From NCBI GenBank assembly GCA_965113315.1, contig OZ220365.1: a stretch of DNA of 64,000 nt; one strand, written 5' to 3'. This document shows, piece by piece, positions 59,780 through 64,000 of the stretch (its first letter is position 1; each line of letters starts with the position of its first letter). The translations under genes and the position numbers were made by a program. This DNA comes from Podarcis vaucheri. Lineage: Eukaryota. Below the pieces are notes generated by a model. It was not told the origin of the DNA, searched no databases, and worked only from the letters and a program-made list of their open reading frames with translations.

Positions 59780-60815
59780 CACTGGCCATGAAATATGGCC
59801 AAGAATTCTAGAAATCATGGCAGAAGCCTTTCCTTAGATTTGCAAAGGTTAGCCCTATCCTGTACTGATTTGGACCTCTCTTCTCTATTTTCAGTACATA
59901 GGTCAAAATTATTTTTTCTCTATTAGGGAGGGAGTTGAAATATGATCCAAGTCCAGCCACTGCCTTCCCTCCCATCCAACAGCACATGGATTACTTAGCC
60001 AGTGATGATGAATAACTGGCATTTCCGTAGCATAAGGTACATACTGTATACCACTGCAATACTGGATATTTTTGGATCATGGGGTTCTTTGTTCCAGTGG
60101 GAAGCAGGAGGAATGTTTAGCTATTCTCTCTGTCAATTCCTATTTTGAAACAGATATTAGCCTTTGTGTATATTTAGAAAATAGATATAATGGCCATTAA
60201 CATAATTAAATTGACTTTTTAAAATAAACATAAGGTTTCATATAATGCATGCACCTTTTCTAAAAATGCTGCTTTGGATTCACAGGATCACCATCTCATT
60301 CATATGGTTATCAGAGTCCTCCAGTTCCACCTCCTTTTGTTCTTATGCCCCAGATTCCCTGGAAGGCATTAATAAGGCACATAATGTGCTTGTTGCTGTA
60401 GAAGATGGATAGCTCACATACCTCTAACCAAAGGATCTTCTCCATGCATGCATTGTGATAAATGTGAAATTGCTTTCTATAATGATCAGCTGATCCAATA
60501 TTACATTTCCCCCTGCACTTTAAAGCAAAGCCATTGCTTCCTTTGGCACAGTATAAACTAATGGGATGGACAAGGGAAGCGGATTAATGGGCAGTTAGCT
60601 ACAGCAAGGAATCCAATAGCCAGGCCACCTAAAATGTATGTGGATGTCACTCTCATAATCCCCAAGGGTATGGATGGAAACATTTGCTAGCAGTTTGGTT
60701 TGAACACTTGGAGGAGATGTACAATTGCTATTTGTGCTGAGAGGTGATTGTGGGAAATTATGGGAAATTATGCTGCATGGGATCCAGCACTGTGGTTGTT
60801 TTGCACTTCTATTGC

Positions 60816-61253
60816 TATGGATGGGCAAAACCATCAAGCTCGATTTCTCATTTTTCCCCATCTTAAATTTAGTTCTCTACCTTTCTGCAGCAGTTTCCAT
60901 TTACTTGTTTTTTTAAAAAAAAAAAATTCTCATGAAAATTCATTGGAATTTTAGTGAAAATTTCTCCTAATCTCCTATATGCAGTTTTGACTATTATGAA
61001 CATCTGTGCTTGCAGTTTTCTGTAATACAATGCATCTTGGTATGCTATTTCCACTAATATATGTGTTTTATGAACATTTCCGCCTAATACAGTGCATTTT
61101 TGTAGAAAATTGTCTGGTCGGAGTACTGCATCGCAAAATTCAGAGAAGTGCTAATTTTGAAGGACTGCTGTGTTTGTATATTGGTTTGAGAAGTGCAAAT
61201 TAGGTAGGTTCTCAGGAAAATGCAAACAAAATCCATTTTTCCTCCATGACCTT
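60816..61253. mobile_element. Old AT-rich non-autonomous DNA element (same family as 53290-53618)
   Basis: Starts TATGGATGGGC and shares segments with 53290-53618 (CTGCATCGCAAAATT, TTTCCACTAATAT). Confidence 0.6.
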
Positions 61254-62534
61254 GTTTAACAATTACATATTCACACACACAACACTTGGGGACTAAAAAA
61301 CAGGCATCACCATAGTGTTACTTTTTTTTGTTTATTTTGGTTTAGTGAACTGGATCTCAGCATAATGAAAGTGAGGTTGGTAGATCTCACATAGCCAAGC
61401 ATCCTGCTCTAATTTATTCAGATGCCTCTCAGCTAAATTAATCACATTTTTATTAGAGCCAATACAAATGGCCTACACTGCAGTACATAGTACAAAAGGC
61501 TTGATACAAAATTATCAGACTTCCATGCCGAGTGCAGCATGGACAAAAATGAATGCCAACGAACAATTTTTACCACCCAAAGCTTCAAGAGTTTATAGCA
61601 GTGGACACTAGACCTTTTGTTCCTATGGCCAGTTGCTTACCACAGAGATTCACAAAAAACTGTTAGTGACCTATGTATTTCTTTACATGAGTTCAATTAT
61701 TCTGGATTCTGATATGTAACTTGGATTTTTCAAATAAGACTCATAGCCTGTAGATGCTTCCTTTTTGCCATCCTTTCCATTGCTTATACTTATCCTGATC
61801 TTGGAACAGGGGTTGCTGAAGAAATGGCAGGAGGGGGTGACATAGGTGGTTCCAGGAATTTGACCCAGAACTTCCATTTTCCTAAAGTGGTATCTGCAAA
61901 TGGATTATTGATTCCAACAAGTGTTGAAGATTTGAAATGAGTGCTCTCAGTGCTGGCTTATGGGATATCAGTTTCATCATGACTCATGGAATATTGTGAT
62001 CACTTTGGACTAAGTGGAAAGAGTGAAAATATGATTCCAACTACTGAAAGCTGAAACCTCCCTCTTTAGCATATCTGTTCAGTATATTCTTCCTCAACCT
62101 TGATTTCCCCCTACATACACACACACACTACCTACAAGTGCGTTCTTTAGTTGTTTTGTTCCAGACTCCTTTTACGAAGAATATTTTTAGATATTACTAC
62201 CTCAAGGTAGTTAAAGCTGCTAGACCTGTATTAAATTGGAGAGATGCTGTTGTTTATTTTTATTTTTACCCTCTGAGAAATGTTAGCACAAAATAATTCA
62301 GATTCTTCCAACTTAATTTCTGTACCTGATGCTACTCAGAAACCTGTCAGGAGAATGATAAAATTTTCAGTTACTTGATTTTATCTCACAAACTATTTCC
62401 TAAATTCTTATAAAAAAAATGGGTCACCTCCTGTCACTTCCCATGGTTCTTTCATAAGGAATAATGAGATGTCAAAAGGCTTGTGCTCAGTAAGGAAATG
62501 AAGAACATGGCTTGCAGGCCAATGAAAAAATGCT

Positions 62535-63385
62535 TGTGACTTGGTGGCCAGATAAAGAGACAGACACAGAGGCTGGATTGAACTAGGGCCACTTTATTTA
62601 ACATTTAAACCCATAAAAACACCCTGCAGAGGGAAACACTATTGGTGTGGGAGAAAAACTTGAACCACAGGAACCGGAGGCACAACTGTTCATCCTTCAC
62701 CCCACTCCCAGGCCACATTGTGAAGGTGAGTTGTAAGGCCTTTGCTGTTCCAGCAACACCACCCTGAAGTCTCATAGCTCCAGGATTATGAAGCACTTTG
62801 GCCTCAAGCCCCTAACCTACTCCAGAACCCTGAAAGTAAGCTTCAAGGCCAGCACATCACTCTGAAAGGAGCCTAAAGGTGTAAACAACATAGCAGATTA
62901 TCTAGTGCCACCTCCCAGCTATTCAGAATGGAGCACGGGGGGTAACAACACTCTTCAAACAAGGTGGATCAGCCTTGAATGGACAACTGGCAAAGCCCAT
63001 ATAGCTTCAAAACTCAGGGCAGGATGCTACAGTGGAGAAAGTGAAGATTTAGGGCAGTGGCAACCTTTTATAGGCAAGCCTCTGCCCAGAGCCCATTGGC
63101 CAATATAAGGGAGCAATTCCCACCCCCCACCCCCCCCATAGAAAGCAACTCAAACCATCATTCCTCATTGGGGTAGAGCAAATTCACCCTCAGCTGAAGG
63201 TTGGGAGCAATAGAATTCAATTTTGGAGGGAAATCTTCTTTGAAAGAAACACTGGATTACACATGGTGTAAGCACATGGTGGGAATTTCCTTTCCCTCTT
63301 CTGAACACAGCTTCCTAAATCCTCTTCTGAACATATCTTCCTAAATCCACTAAAAGGCCACTCTAGAGGATCAGGGACCTTCACA
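62535..63385 (-). mobile_element. Probable solo LTR (right boundary uncertain)
   Basis: TGTGA start on +, minus-strand AATAAA (~62593-62598) and TATAAAA (~63066-63072) in LTR order. Possible TCACA end at 63385, no convincing TSD. Confidence 0.45.
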
Positions 63386-64000
63386 AAGGACTTGAGATGT
63401 AGCATTGCCAGGGGGTTGAATTGGAACTTGGGAATCAACAAAAAATGGACAGAGCATTGTGTAAGATGCCTCTGTCCAGTTTTAGTCAATTCATGGAACT
63501 ATTCCAACCTCATGTGTGCAGCTATGGATCCAAGCCATTACCCCAAATCAATGCATCCTCCATTATCTATTTTTCACAAAAATGGATGGTAGAGGATGCA
63601 TCAATTTGGGATAACACTCTGGATATTTTTTACAAATTGGGAGAATGGAAGTCTTTATTTCATTCCTAGTGTGAAATGTTTTGTTTTTGTTTTAATCCAC
63701 TGGAATGTCAGGAAGCTTCTGTTTGTTGTCCTCATTGCTTTGTTTTAATATATTTTTTCTATTGTAACCTGGGACCCGGGTAAGAAATCAAATAAATATA
63801 TAAACTATTATTATTATTATTAAGTCTGGATTCTCAGAAGCTTTCCATTCTTATCTGCAAAAGAACTAGAACCATCCAAGTTTAAACTTCAATGACTATT
63901 CAAATTGAATACAGGTATATCATTCTCTTCTTCTCCCACCTCCTGACAGCAAGTAGCTATTTATATGTAGCTTGTAAGAGAGATGAAAGTAGTAGTATAT

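Overview
Vertebrate (squamate, most likely lacertid lizard) genomic DNA with one 130-nt N gap (7758-7887). I can see no intact protein-coding gene. The long ORFs with recognisable homology are decayed retrotransposon pieces (L1, CR1, L2, RTE, an RTE-X-like 3' end) plus one ORF inside an LTR. The window reads as a gene desert or, more likely, a very long intron or 5' region of an unidentified, probably neuronal gene. It is densely peppered with non-autonomous hAT and pogo/Tigger DNA transposons (many with verifiable TIRs and TSDs), Bov-B/RTE derivatives, tRNA-derived SINEs, solo or partial LTRs and microsatellites. The most interesting non-TE signals are: (i) a ~730-nt block (4301-5027) of tandem hairpins plus five nested long-range helices that enclose a 45-nt candidate exon and an RE1/REST-like site; (ii) a recursive-splice-site-like AG|GT module with a 34-nt exon (56950-57034); (iii) other isolated exon-like units; and (iv) a Bov-A-like bipartite Bov-B derivative and a young CpG-island-like hAT. 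TE family names are from my recognition of sequence motifs, not from database searches.
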